Source: a virus
Strand: one strand, 5' to 3'
DNA: 61,599 bases
Virus record (IMG/VR): IMGVR_UViG_3300027908_000007
The translations under genes were made by a program, and so were the position numbers. Positions 8,034-16,943 of this stretch are shown here, piece by piece; within the stretch, counting starts at the first letter, position 1; the number at the start of each line of letters is the position of its first letter. The notes beneath the pieces were generated by a model that was not told the DNA's origin, made no database searches, and saw only the letters and a program-made list of their open reading frames with translations.

Positions 8034-8295
8034 GCACATGGGATATGGCGAAGGCCCATTGCATCCAGACCAGTCTGCAATCGTCGTGGCCACTACTGGA
8101 GCAATCAAGGCCGTGGTGTGCTGTCTAACCGCTGCCAACGCTCATGAGTCTAAGCAGGCAGGCTACGAAACCGAATTCCCGGACATGCCTAGCGGAGAAG
8201 TAACCGTTTCCAATGCCCGTGCCTACTTCCGAGCGGTAATGGCGAAAGCTATCGAACTGATCGACAAAACGGAGGTCACCAGTGGAAATCAATGA
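8026..8295 (+). CDS. hypothetical protein
   Basis: 89-aa ORF overlapping the upstream stop by 8 nt. Confidence 0.55.
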   Translation: MPKHMGYGEGPLHPDQSAIVVATTGAIKAVVCCLTAANAHESKQAGYETEFPDMPSGEVTVSNARAYFRAVMAKAIELIDKTEVTSGNQ

Positions 8296-8378
8296 GGACC
8301 TCGTGGCCTTCGCCTGTTTCGCTTTCGTGTGCGTGCTGTTCTGGCCGGCGTGTCTGGATAAGTTTTTGAGGAGACGCC

Positions 8379-8597
8379 GTGACCGCTGAATCCGTCAACA
8401 CGCTAGCCGAATGGCTGCACCGCACAACCAAGATCAGGGAAGGCTATTTCTGGCCCTGGAGCAAGCTTACCGGGGCACAGAAGGCACGGAGTATCCATCT
8501 GGCAAAAGTGTTGTTGTCCAATCCTCCAGAGGTGTTGATCGAGGCTATCAAGGAGATGTCATGCAAACCGGCGACTGCAAGCAATGCGGCGGACTGA
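8379..8597 (+). CDS. hypothetical protein
   Basis: GTG start at 8379 preceded by GAGGAG; 72 aa. Confidence 0.5.
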   Translation: MTAESVNTLAEWLHRTTKIREGYFWPWSKLTGAQKARSIHLAKVLLSNPPEVLIEAIKEMSCKPATASNAAD

Positions 8598-8749
8598 CGC
8601 TAATCTGCGAACTGCGGACCTACGGAAATCGCTGCGAGAATTGTTGGAGCGGTCCTCTGCCGGTGTGCCGGTACGACGACAAGAAACAACGTGTTGTGCA
8701 TGACCCGAATCCTGGGAAGAGCGAAATCGCGGAATTGATCTCCGGTTAG
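8561..8749 (+). CDS. small zinc-ribbon protein
   Basis: ATG 8561 preceded by AAGGAG. CKQCGG ... CENCW motif pairs. Confidence 0.5.
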   Translation: MQTGDCKQCGGLTLICELRTYGNRCENCWSGPLPVCRYDDKKQRVVHDPNPGKSEIAELISG

Positions 8750-8935
8750 TCTTGCCGATCCAGACGATAAAGGTTAGATTGTAAGCGGCCTCTGAACGGG
8801 CCATCTATTGCGGCTACGCAATCCAGTATTCAATCGAGTCCGGTCCAGGGTTCCTCAGTTTGAAGTGCTCAGTAGCCGGGGCATCAAACAGTTCAGGGGG
8901 AATCCTGGGCTGGCCTTTTCGTGCATGGAGTTTCG

Positions 8936-9913
8936 ATGCGAGAGCAGCAATATAAACCTCATCCATTGGCTGAATGCTGGCCACTTCATGAGGGACCGGC
9001 TCTGTGGGAAATGTCTGACCACATCAAGGAACACGGTCAGCAAAATCCGATAATGCTTTTTGAGGACCAAATACTAGACGGAAGGCGAAGAAACCTTGCT
9101 TGTCTTCGTGCCGGGGTTGAACCAAAGTTCAAGGCTTTCAAGGGAGATTGGAGCGAAGCTCTTGCGTATGTCGAGGGAGCTAATCAGCATCGTAGGCATT
9201 TGGGAGATGGGGAAAAGGCGTTGGTTGCGGCTAGGCTGGCCACGCTTAAAAAGGGGAAACCATCCGCAAGCGTAAATAGCTCTACGAAGCTATTAAGCCA
9301 ATCAGATGCCGCAAAAACCGCTGGAACAAGCGTTGCTAGCCTGAAAAAAGGCAAAGAAGTTCTCGCCAATGGAACGCCGGAATTAGTAGCCGCTGTCGAG
9401 GATGGAACGGTTTCCGTTACTGATGCCGCAGCGGTCGCGAGCGAACCTGCAAAAGTTCAGAATGCCGCCGTCAAAAAAGTCCGCAAGGGTAAAGCGAAAA
9501 CTGCCAAAGCAGCGGTCGCGAGCGAAACGGACATAGGCGAATCTTTGCTCGACAATGAGGGGCACGAGGTTCCCAAGAATCTGAATGATGCCTTTCACTC
9601 GCTCGATAAGTTTGCCGAGCTTGATTCGCACTGCAAGGCGATCCAAAAGGGGCTGGACGAAATATCACGACTGCCCGGCGGAGAGCAGATTCGTTTCTTC
9701 CTCACACCGACCGGAACGGAAGACAAGAAGATCAACAAATCCGAATACCTGAATTCTCTCAAGAGGGACTTGAAGGGAACCCGCCCGCACTCGGTTTGCC
9801 CTTGGTGCCAGGGGAAAGCGAATAAGGAATGTAAGGGCTGCAAAGGCAACGGCTGGGTGACTAAGGTCACTTGGGATCAGGCCGAAGACGCTATCAAGGA
9901 GAAATTGAAGTGA
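8936..9913 (+). CDS. ParB-N-domain / HTH protein with a C-terminal DnaJ-type zinc finger
   Basis: ILDGRRR and NQHRRHL ParB-type motifs, central HTH-like segment, C-terminal CPWCQGK...CKGCKGNG (CxxCxGxG repeats). ATG 8936 follows GGAG; GTG 8921 is an alternative start. Confidence 0.65.
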   Translation: MREQQYKPHPLAECWPLHEGPALWEMSDHIKEHGQQNPIMLFEDQILDGRRRNLACLRAGVEPKFKAFKGDWSEALAYVEGANQHRRHLGDGEKALVAARLATLKKGKPSASVNSSTKLLSQSDAAKTAGTSVASLKKGKEVLANGTPELVAAVEDGTVSVTDAAAVASEPAKVQNAAVKKVRKGKAKTAKAAVASETDIGESLLDNEGHEVPKNLNDAFHSLDKFAELDSHCKAIQKGLDEISRLPGGEQIRFFLTPTGTEDKKINKSEYLNSLKRDLKGTRPHSVCPWCQGKANKECKGCKGNGWVTKVTWDQAEDAIKEKLK

Positions 9914-11430
9914 GCTTTAATCTTCGGCCGTATCAAATAAAGGCCATGCAGTGTGCTGACGAGATGTTGCATACGCATAAGTCTACGCTAATCGAGATGG
10001 CAACTGGTTTGGGCAAGACTGTGGTGTTTTCTCACATTGCTGATGCGTGGCCGGGCCGAGTTCTTGTGATAGCTCATAGGGACGAATTGATACGCCAAGC
10101 TGCCGAGAAGATTTACCAGATCACCGGGCATCCATGCTCGATTGAGATGGGTCGCGAGACATCGGACGACGAGCTTTACGGAACCAAAGTGACCGTCGCT
10201 AGCATTCAGACTCTCGCCCGAGCCAAGCGGAGGATCAAGTTTCACCCCGATCATTTCTCACTTCTGGTAGTCGATGAGGGGCATCATGCGGTAGCAGCGA
10301 CGTATCGGGAGGTACTCAGCTATTTCGAGAGTGCCAAGAAGCTATTCGTCACTGCAACACCGAAGCGAGGCGACAATCTCGCTCTCGGAACCGTCTGCGA
10401 ATCGGTTGCTTTTCAGTACGGCATTGAGCCAGCGATTGACGATGGCTGGCTGGTGCCTGTGCGGCAGACGGTCGTCAAGGTTGAAGGACTAGACTTCTCG
10501 AAGGCAAGAACCGTCGCGTCGGATTTCAATCAAGGCGATTTGGAAAAGATTCTGGTCGAAGAGAAGCCTTTGCACGCGATGTGTGCAAGTGCCCACGAGT
10601 TGATAGGCAATCTTCAGGCTTTGTGGTTCTGTAACTCAGTGAACCATTCGAGGTTGACGGCTGGAGTTCTTTCGAGATATCCGACCGGAGGCGTTAGGTT
10701 CCTCTCGGGCGATACACCGACCGAAGAACGGCGGGACGCCGTGAGGCAATTCAAGAAGGGCAACATTCAGCATCTCGTGAATTGCGGTTTATTCCTGGAA
10801 GGCTTCGACGCTCCGAACACTGCCGCCATAGTAATGGGAAGACCGACGAAAAGCCTGTCGCTTTACATGCAGGTTCTCGGAAGGGGAACACGCCCATTGC
10901 CAGGTATCGTGGATGGAATCGAGGAGGCAGAGCAACGCCGCACGGCCATTGCGATGAGCCTGAAGCCGAGCATGATGGTGATCGACTTCGCTGGGAACGC
11001 TGGGAAGCACAAGATTGTACAGGCTGCCGACGTGCTTGGCGGGAAGCACGAATTGCCGGTTCGCCAGTACGCCAAAGACACAATGGAGGAGGAAGGCAGA
11101 CCGGTCGATCTCGAAGCGGCCCTTGATCGTGCCGAAAAAGAAATGGCCCTGATGAGCCAAGAAGACGAACGCCGCAAGAGCATCACTGCCAAGGCAGCTT
11201 ATCAGACTCAGGAGATTGATCCGTTTACGAAACAGTACTCGAAGAACAGGCAAGGCAAAACTCCAAAGGATACTGGACCTCCGTGCTCTCCCAAGCAAGC
11301 AGGATTGATTTGCTTTCTTTCAAGGCAGGTTAATGCTGGATGGACTTACGAGAACGCTTCCAGATTGAGTGCTAAAAGTGCGAGAGGCATAATCGGCGGA
11401 CTCTTTGCCAAAGGAGCGAAAGCAGGATGA
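9910..11430 (+). CDS. SF2 DEAD/DEAH-box helicase
   Basis: Motifs ATGLGKT (I), VVDEGHH (II), TATP (III), QVLGRGTR (VI). GTG 9910 follows AAGGAG and overlaps the upstream stop (GTGA). Confidence 0.85.
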   Translation: MSFNLRPYQIKAMQCADEMLHTHKSTLIEMATGLGKTVVFSHIADAWPGRVLVIAHRDELIRQAAEKIYQITGHPCSIEMGRETSDDELYGTKVTVASIQTLARAKRRIKFHPDHFSLLVVDEGHHAVAATYREVLSYFESAKKLFVTATPKRGDNLALGTVCESVAFQYGIEPAIDDGWLVPVRQTVVKVEGLDFSKARTVASDFNQGDLEKILVEEKPLHAMCASAHELIGNLQALWFCNSVNHSRLTAGVLSRYPTGGVRFLSGDTPTEERRDAVRQFKKGNIQHLVNCGLFLEGFDAPNTAAIVMGRPTKSLSLYMQVLGRGTRPLPGIVDGIEEAEQRRTAIAMSLKPSMMVIDFAGNAGKHKIVQAADVLGGKHELPVRQYAKDTMEEEGRPVDLEAALDRAEKEMALMSQEDERRKSITAKAAYQTQEIDPFTKQYSKNRQGKTPKDTGPPCSPKQAGLICFLSRQVNAGWTYENASRLSAKSARGIIGGLFAKGAKAG

Positions 11431-11606
11431 CTACTCAAGAACTTTTGCGAATCGCTGCCGACCGTGGCTTAAACATAATCTTGAGTGAGGGGCGTCCTGT
11501 TATCGCTCCAGGTTGCGAGAAAGCAGCGGTGACGGGAGAGCTTTTGGCGGTGCTGAAAATTCATCGCGAAAGGATCATAGAAATCCTCAGGCAAAAGGAA
11601 CCCTAA
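11427..11606 (+). CDS. hypothetical small protein (59 aa)
   Basis: Hand translation MTTQELLRIAADRGLNIILSEGRPVIAPGC... Has an ATGA junction upstream and a TAATG junction downstream. Confidence 0.45.
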   Translation: MTTQELLRIAADRGLNIILSEGRPVIAPGCEKAAVTGELLAVLKIHRERIIEILRQKEP

Positions 11607-11788
11607 TGTTCCTCTGCCCCCGCTGCAAACAACCCCTGGACCCTGGAAGGATCTGCGGAGCATGTCGCAAGCGGTGGTGTATATGTCAGAGGCCCACGAA
11701 GAGCGGTATGGATGAGGCGTGTGTGAAGTGTGAGCGTGAAATGGCGTCCCGTAAAACTGGATGGGAGAGACGACATGGCAACGATTGA
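11606..11788 (+). CDS. small zinc-ribbon protein
   Basis: MFLCPRCKQPLDPGRICGACRKRW...CVKCE; ORF 11513..11788 trimmed to the coupled ATG 11606. Confidence 0.5.
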   Translation: MFLCPRCKQPLDPGRICGACRKRWCICQRPTKSGMDEACVKCEREMASRKTGWERRHGND

Positions 11789-12005
11789 CCGAAGCGTCGA
11801 TGGCGAAGAGATCGAAGCCGTGGCCATGCACTTCCAAGGATTGGCGACTGCTCACGATGGAGATAGCCCGACGATCATCTTGTATATGGAACTCGGCGGC
11901 ACGATGTTCCCGGTAAGCATCTGCAAAGGATGTGCTTCCATGTTGCTGGATTGCCTGCTAACCGTGAAAGATAATCATCCGAATCACTTCGCGGAGCCAG
12001 CATGA
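11775..12005 (+). CDS. hypothetical protein
   Basis: ORF 11730..12005 trimmed to ATG 11775, preceded by GGAGAG. Confidence 0.5.
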   Translation: MATIDRSVDGEEIEAVAMHFQGLATAHDGDSPTIILYMELGGTMFPVSICKGCASMLLDCLLTVKDNHPNHFAEPA

Positions 12006-12244
12006 TCTCCCGCGAGGAATACCAAGCCATCGTTCGCCGCTTCATTCTGGGCATCTGCTACGACGCGATCATAAGCAAGCGTGCTGGTGCCCCGCTGGCG
12101 ACGTGGATGGAGTTAACGGCAGAGCAGGTGGATGTAAATACGGGGCAGTGGTACGACAGGTTACTCAAGGACTTTCAGGCTAGTCAACCGAAACCAGCCG
12201 TGCCCACGAATGGGGCGGCTTTGCGGACTGAGGTTAAGAAGTGA
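12002..12244 (+). CDS. hypothetical protein
   Basis: 80-aa ORF with an ATGA junction. Confidence 0.55.
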   Translation: MISREEYQAIVRRFILGICYDAIISKRAGAPLATWMELTAEQVDVNTGQWYDRLLKDFQASQPKPAVPTNGAALRTEVKK

Positions 12245-12504
12245 AGCTTTACAGTATCCATGACGGAACATTCGACAGGATGGTTCTGGCGAACAACCAG
12301 GCCGAAGCTTCATTAGCACTGCGTTGTTCGGTTTACTCGCTAAGAAAGTTCGGTAATACGATTCCGGCTACCCATAGGTGGTTCGAGGTAGCCATGAGTG
12401 AGCCGATTGGGCGAGTCTGGAAAAGAGACTTGCGAGAGCCATCAGCCGGATGTTGGGTGTTTGATGATGTGAACTGGAAACCAAAAGAAAAGGTGAAACT
12501 ATGA
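12241..12504 (+). CDS. hypothetical protein
   Basis: GTG start with a GTGA junction; 87 aa. Confidence 0.5.
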   Translation: MKLYSIHDGTFDRMVLANNQAEASLALRCSVYSLRKFGNTIPATHRWFEVAMSEPIGRVWKRDLREPSAGCWVFDDVNWKPKEKVKL

Positions 12505-12731
12505 GCGTGGAACCAGAATCCGACAGCGGAGCATTTGAGCAGGCACACGGATCAGCACAGAATCCTCCCAAGGAGGCTACCAAGAGGCAGACGAGATCCT
12601 ACGCGACTGAAGCGGCTGCCATGCGTTCAGCCATCAGTATGGCCGTGCTGCTGCTCGCTAACGTGAAGTGCGAGAAGGGCAGCCAAGACACGATGAACGC
12701 GGTGATTGGTCTTCTCAAAGGATCGGTCTAG
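12501..12731 (+). CDS. hypothetical protein
   Basis: 76-aa ORF with an ATGA junction. Confidence 0.5.
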   Translation: MSVEPESDSGAFEQAHGSAQNPPKEATKRQTRSYATEAAAMRSAISMAVLLLANVKCEKGSQDTMNAVIGLLKGSV

Positions 12732-13072
12732 TGAGAATCGTTAATGAGGCTTGCCTTGATCGGTTCCGCCAAGCCTTTAAGTGCGAATGGTGCGGGGCTT
12801 TCTCTCGTGGCCGAATGGACCCTCATCACGTTTTGGGACGAGGTACGGCAGGTGCGTGGCGGCTTGACATACCGGAAGCGTTGATCTCGCTATGCCCTGC
12901 CTTCGTGGGCGGATCGTGTCACACGAAGTACGGAGATCTACCAGCGTACCAGCCTAAGTTCTTGGCAGTGATAGCGAAGCGTGAGGGATTTGCCTCTGCC
13001 GAAGTACTCAAGGATTGGCTGTTGAAGATTCGCGAGTTGCCCAAGAACTCAGAACTCCCGGAGCGACCATGA
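12731..13072 (+). CDS. zinc-binding HNH-like nuclease candidate (NinG/DUF968-like)
   Basis: ORF 12668..13072 trimmed to GTG 12731. Pattern CEWCG ... DPHHV ... LCP...CH. Confidence 0.4.
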   Translation: MRIVNEACLDRFRQAFKCEWCGAFSRGRMDPHHVLGRGTAGAWRLDIPEALISLCPAFVGGSCHTKYGDLPAYQPKFLAVIAKREGFASAEVLKDWLLKIRELPKNSELPERP

Positions 13073-13521
13073 AGCCTCTCACTACTGCCCAAGCCCGCAA
13101 AATGGGAATCCTGCCCCAGAAGCCTAAACGCTCCAAGGCTGACAAGGAAGCGGCACGGAAGAAGAAGGAAGCGGAACAAGCGGACTTTCAGAGAATGGTC
13201 AGCCGGTGGGATCTTCCTGTCCCGGTTCCAGAGTTCGAGTTCCATCCAGTCAGAAAATGGAAGTTCGATTGGTTGTTCCGAAAGCTTGGAATGCAGGCCG
13301 GAGTAGCTCTAGAGATCGAAGGCAGCCCCTATGCTGGCAAGCCATGCCCAAGGTGCCGCATGAGGCCGGGAGGCAGGCACAATCGCGGCAAGGGATTCAT
13401 CGACGACCTACGCAAATACGATGAAGCCGCGATCATGGGATATCTGGTCATTCGGGCAACCTGGGACATGGTAAACAGTGGGGAAGCTTTTGAGATGGTA
13501 CGCAGGGCTATGGGCCTTTAA
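13069..13521 (+). CDS. PD-(D/E)xK-fold endonuclease candidate (Vsr/DUF559-like; possible resolvase)
   Basis: ORF 13015..13521 trimmed to the coupled ATG 13069. Pattern KFDW...VALEIEG...H...DDLRKYD...GYLVIR. Confidence 0.45.
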   Translation: MKPLTTAQARKMGILPQKPKRSKADKEAARKKKEAEQADFQRMVSRWDLPVPVPEFEFHPVRKWKFDWLFRKLGMQAGVALEIEGSPYAGKPCPRCRMRPGGRHNRGKGFIDDLRKYDEAAIMGYLVIRATWDMVNSGEAFEMVRRAMGL

Positions 13522-13535
13522 CGGGAGGAATCAAA

Positions 13536-13940
13536 GTGAGCGTGATGACGATTGATGATCGAATGCGATGTGTGGAACGAGAAACGAATGCCTCCAAAAA
13601 CTGGAGTCAGACCAGAGAGATATTCAGAAATCACTTGGAGGCAGCCGTTGCCGATGCCGTGGCGGCTAAAGAAGCCGAGTTGGAATCGGCCAACGGGGCC
13701 TTGCGATCTCTGGCCTGCTGGCTGAGTGTGGGCGGATACAATGCCGAGTCTGTAGATCCCGATGTGTTTGAGAAAAAGATACGTGATGGCGTCGAATCGT
13801 TGGTCAAGATCGAGTGCGAAAGGGTTCGCGGTCCACGATTAAGCGACTCAGAAGAGATGGCTTTACTTCGCCGGATCAACGCCGGACTGGAATCCGAGCT
13901 CGCTGCCCTTCGCGTGCCGGTGGGCCGGTGGGGCCGGTGA
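13536..13940 (+). CDS. hypothetical protein
   Basis: GTG 13536 preceded by GGGAGG; 134 aa. Confidence 0.55.
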   Translation: MSVMTIDDRMRCVERETNASKNWSQTREIFRNHLEAAVADAVAAKEAELESANGALRSLACWLSVGGYNAESVDPDVFEKKIRDGVESLVKIECERVRGPRLSDSEEMALLRRINAGLESELAALRVPVGRWGR

Positions 13941-14119
13941 CAGTGGAGGAAGCCGATGCTATTTGGCAATCTTACGATGATGAAGAAACGCACGAAGGGG
14001 GAATACAATCTGTGCGTGCGTATCTCGACAAACTCCTCGCTCCGCGCGTGGCCCAGGCTGTGGCGGCTGAGCGGGAGCGAATATTCCGACTCGTGAGGCG
14101 AGCTATGGGGGATAGTTGA
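13937..14119 (+). CDS. hypothetical protein
   Basis: GTG 13937 overlaps the upstream stop (GTGA); 60 aa within ORF 13814..14119. Confidence 0.4.
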   Translation: MTVEEADAIWQSYDDEETHEGGIQSVRAYLDKLLAPRVAQAVAAERERIFRLVRRAMGDS

Positions 14120-14121
14120 CT

Positions 14122-14289
14122 ATGCTTGACGCTAAGAATAAACTGTCTGAGGCAGCGGCAGAGATGGGTCGTCTTGGTGGCTTGGCACGCGCCAAGTCCA
14201 TGACGGCAGAGGAAAGGTCCGCACAAGCCAGAAAGGCAGTCGTTGAGCGATGGCGGAAGTACAGGAAGCGAAAGAAATCCGAGCGGTGA
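14122..14289 (+). CDS. small basic protein (55 aa)
   Basis: Hand translation MLDAKNKLSEAAAEMGRLGGLARAKSMTAEERSAQARKAVVERWRKYRKRKKSER. Stop overlaps the HNH start. Confidence 0.45.
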   Translation: MLDAKNKLSEAAAEMGRLGGLARAKSMTAEERSAQARKAVVERWRKYRKRKKSER

Positions 14290-14603
14290 CTCTCGCTGAG
14301 AGGTTTTGGAGCAAGGTCCAGAAATCAGAAGGGTGTTGGCTATGGATCGGTTGCCGACATCGGCAAGGATACGGGAAGCTTCACACTGGCGGGAAGATTG
14401 GCAAGGTAGTTCCTGCTCATCGAATATCTTGGGAAGTCAATTTTGGTCCGATTCCAGATGGATTGTGGGTTTTGCATAAGTGCGACAATCCGCCTTGCGT
14501 TCGCCCCGACCACCTTTTCCTCGGAGACCGGAAAGACAACATGGTCGATTGTGCCCAAAAGGGAAGACTGGCTGTCCAGAAGCGATTAAGAAAGCAGGTC
14601 TAA
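14286..14603 (+). CDS. HNH homing-type endonuclease
   Basis: ERFWSKV...CWLW.G...GYG...AHRISW...GPIP.G..VLHKCDNPPCVRPDHLFLG...DN, the HNH_3 pattern. GTG 14286 within ORF 14250..14603. Confidence 0.8.
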   Translation: MTLAERFWSKVQKSEGCWLWIGCRHRQGYGKLHTGGKIGKVVPAHRISWEVNFGPIPDGLWVLHKCDNPPCVRPDHLFLGDRKDNMVDCAQKGRLAVQKRLRKQV

Positions 14604-15226
14604 TGATGAATGATTGCTGCAAAATTTTAGCAGATCGCCACGCCGCCGAACTAGCCAAATGGAAAGAAGCGGCCGAGCATCATTTGAGTGAATCAAACAA
14701 GCTTGGTGACAAACTGGCCAAGGTCCACCAGCTTCACAAAGCTGTTTTGGACAACAATAACCGTGCCCACGACGTCCGAGTGCAAGATATGGAGAGCCTT
14801 ATACAGAGATATAAAGACGAGCAAATTGTCATGACTGATGAAATGGCCGCAGCCGACCAACGCTGGCAAGAGCGGCTGGCGAAGGTGGAGGCTGCGAACC
14901 TACAAGAGCACCATTCGCTATGCTCACAAATCGAACTGCTGCGAGAAGTGATCGAGGACTTACGAAAACAGCGAACCAAGGCCGTGGCCGCTGCCTATGA
15001 GGAAGCAGCCAAGATAGCTCAGCCGAGTGATTCTCCGCATCTGGACAGTCTCATGATCCGCACTCGCATTGCAAAAGCCATACGCCAACTTGCCGCCAAG
15101 CCCCAAGAGTGCACTTGCGGACCTACCGGCTGCGGCCTGCACATGGATGGCTGTCAATCCGCCAAGGTCCGCAAGCCGTCCCCTGCCGATCAGTTCGTCC
15201 AGAATGTCGGCTGGAGAATCCCATGA
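14603..15226 (+). CDS. hypothetical coiled-coil protein
   Basis: ORF 14480..15226 trimmed to ATG 14603 (TAATG junction). Confidence 0.55.
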   Translation: MMNDCCKILADRHAAELAKWKEAAEHHLSESNKLGDKLAKVHQLHKAVLDNNNRAHDVRVQDMESLIQRYKDEQIVMTDEMAAADQRWQERLAKVEAANLQEHHSLCSQIELLREVIEDLRKQRTKAVAAAYEEAAKIAQPSDSPHLDSLMIRTRIAKAIRQLAAKPQECTCGPTGCGLHMDGCQSAKVRKPSPADQFVQNVGWRIP

Positions 15227-15693
15227 AACCGCATATCAGATGGCTCATTCGCCACGACATGGAAGAAGTGCTCGCTATCGAGCTAGAAGCCTTTGGTGAA
15301 CTCGGCTGGAACGAGCAAGACTTCCTGTCCATGCTGCGACAGCGAATCACGATAGGGATGGTCGTGGATATCGAAGATCACGTTCGCGGTTACATGATCT
15401 ACGATCTGGCCAAGGCCGAATTAGTTGTGCATAATTTCGTGGTGCAGAAATGTTGTCAACGAGAAGGCATCGGATCGGCGATGGTCGACAAGCTTAAGAG
15501 CAAACTTTCCAGCCATCGGCGGACCGGGATAACCATGAGCGTGCCAGAGACTAACCTGGATGCGTTGCTGTTCTTTCGCTCTCAGGGGTTCTTGGCGACA
15601 GGGATACTCCGGGACGACTACGAAGGCCCTTGTGGGCCAGAGGACGGGATCGCGATGGCTTACTGCCTCCCTGAGCTTGTGGAGGCACCATGA
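15223..15693 (+). CDS. GNAT-family N-acetyltransferase (RimI-like)
   Basis: ORF 15109..15693 trimmed to the coupled ATG 15223. Motif QREGIGSAMVDKL (Q/RxxGxG/A acetyl-CoA loop). Confidence 0.7.
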   Translation: MKPHIRWLIRHDMEEVLAIELEAFGELGWNEQDFLSMLRQRITIGMVVDIEDHVRGYMIYDLAKAELVVHNFVVQKCCQREGIGSAMVDKLKSKLSSHRRTGITMSVPETNLDALLFFRSQGFLATGILRDDYEGPCGPEDGIAMAYCLPELVEAP

Positions 15694-15800
15694 AACGCCC
15701 CAAGTATAGATCCAGCGGACGCGACAAGAAGAAGGAAGTTGTAGCGATAGTGCGGTCCCGGGTGACGTTTGGTCTACTGAGGAAGAAGGTGAAGCGATGA
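15690..15800 (+). CDS. very small basic ORF (36 aa)
   Basis: ATGA-coupled at both ends; MKRPKYRSSGRDKKKEVVAIVRSRVTFGLLRKKVKR. Confidence 0.3.
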   Translation: MKRPKYRSSGRDKKKEVVAIVRSRVTFGLLRKKVKR

Positions 15801-15952
15801 GGCATATCGATGTTAAGCTCGAAGAGTTCGTGTGGCTGGCCTCTCAAGCGAAGTGGGGAATTCAGAAGATTTCGATTCATGCGTGGTTGTGCGTGCAGTT
15901 CAAGTCGTTCGTGAGAATCGGCGACCAGATGGTGAGGTGCTGCCGTGGTTAG
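15797..15952 (+). CDS. small ORF (51 aa)
   Basis: ATGA-coupled start; MRHIDVKLEEFVWLASQAKWGIQKISIHAW... Confidence 0.3.
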   Translation: MRHIDVKLEEFVWLASQAKWGIQKISIHAWLCVQFKSFVRIGDQMVRCCRG

Positions 15953-16199
15953 TGCAAGCCTGATCTGGCAACGCAGGATGATGGCTGCGGGAAACTGCAA
16001 GGGCTGCGGCAGGAAACGCAATCGGCACAAAACGCTCTGCGACAGGTGCCAGAATGAGCAGAATGACAGGACAAGGTCGCGTCAGCTCAACCTAGTCCGT
16101 GAGGGGAAATGCAGGCTGTGCGGCCGCGAGCGAGGATCGGGAGATAAGCTTTGCGACGAGTGCATGCGAAAAGATAGGGACAGGAAGAATGTTAAGTGA
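15945..16199 (+). CDS. small Cys-rich (multiple CxxC) protein
   Basis: CKGCG, CDRCQ, CRLCG and CDECM pairs; GTG start, with an internal ATG possible. Confidence 0.45.
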   Translation: MVSASLIWQRRMMAAGNCKGCGRKRNRHKTLCDRCQNEQNDRTRSRQLNLVREGKCRLCGRERGSGDKLCDECMRKDRDRKNVK

Positions 16200-16254
16200 A
16201 CCTTCTGCGACCGCTATCGTGAAGCGATAGAATTCCCCTTGAGAGGAAAATGCA

Positions 16255-16470
16255 ATGGCCGAACGGAATTCTACTCAGGGACGCATGTCAACAGAGTTTA
16301 CTGTTTGGTGCGGACGAATGGGCTGTGCCACCTGGTATCAGGTGTCATGCCGATCCAAGAGGGATGCCGGTAAGAAGGCCAAAGAAATCGACTGGCAACT
16401 GACCAGAGAGTTCGGCTGGCAGTGTCCGCGTTGCTCACAGAGAGAACGTGATCGGTATGCGGGCAGGTGA
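16255..16470 (+). CDS. small zinc-binding protein
   Basis: 71-aa ORF with WCGRMGC...CPRC; last gene of the rightward block. Confidence 0.5.
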   Translation: MAERNSTQGRMSTEFTVWCGRMGCATWYQVSCRSKRDAGKKAKEIDWQLTREFGWQCPRCSQRERDRYAGR

Positions 16471-16498
16471 GGCCGCGTCCCAAGAGCGAGACGCGGCC
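16471..16498. terminator. bidirectional hairpin between convergent genes
   Basis: GGCCGCGTC (16471-16479) pairs with GACGCGGCC (16490-16498), a 9-bp GC-rich stem. No clear T-tract. Confidence 0.4.
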
Positions 16499-16509
16499 GA
16501 TAGGAAGGG

Positions 16510-16836
16510 CTAGGCTGTCAAGAAATCGATATTTCCAAGCGTTTCGATGGACTCGCTGCCATCGTACTCGTCGATGCGGAACTTAGTGCCTTCATCAATC
16601 CAAGCGACTTTCAAATCTCTGGCTCCAAGAACGCAGACGTATTCGCCAGGATAGGCAGCTTCGACGACACTGGCGGCGGCACCACCTCCCCCTTCCAGGA
16701 AAGCGTGGACGACTTTTTCATCCATGCTCATGAATTCAGCCAAGCCGTCTTTTCCATTGTTCCAGGTAGACCACCCGGCACCAAAACTAGGCGAGTAAAG
16801 AACGGCCACTTTACCGTCACGAATCAACTTGCTCAT
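16510..16836 (-). CDS. hypothetical protein
   Basis: ORF 16510..16851 trimmed to ATG 16836 (MSKLIRDG), preceded by GGAGG. Confidence 0.55.
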   Translation of the reverse strand: MSKLIRDGKVAVLYSPSFGAGWSTWNNGKDGLAEFMSMDEKVVHAFLEGGGGAAASVVEAAYPGEYVCVLGARDLKVAWIDEGTKFRIDEYDGSESIETLGNIDFLTA

Positions 16837-16838
16837 GT

Positions 16839-16943
16839 TTATTTCCTCCATATCCAGTGCAACAGATCATGCAACCACTGGCCTCCGAAGAAGCCAACCA
16901 CGCAGACAGCGGCAACTAGGGCGTAGGGGTAGGTCAAGGGCAT
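16839..16943 (-). CDS. small membrane peptide (34 aa)
   Basis: Hand translation MPLTYPYALVAAVCVVGFFGGQWLHDLLHWIWRK; fills the gap between two minus-strand genes. Confidence 0.35.
   Translation of the reverse strand: MPLTYPYALVAAVCVVGFFGGQWLHDLLHWIWRK

Noticed and set aside
10751-11298. Minus-strand ORFs (110, 169, 109 aa) inside the helicase gene
   Set aside because: They are antisense to a helicase with all the SF2 motifs and show typical shadow-ORF composition.
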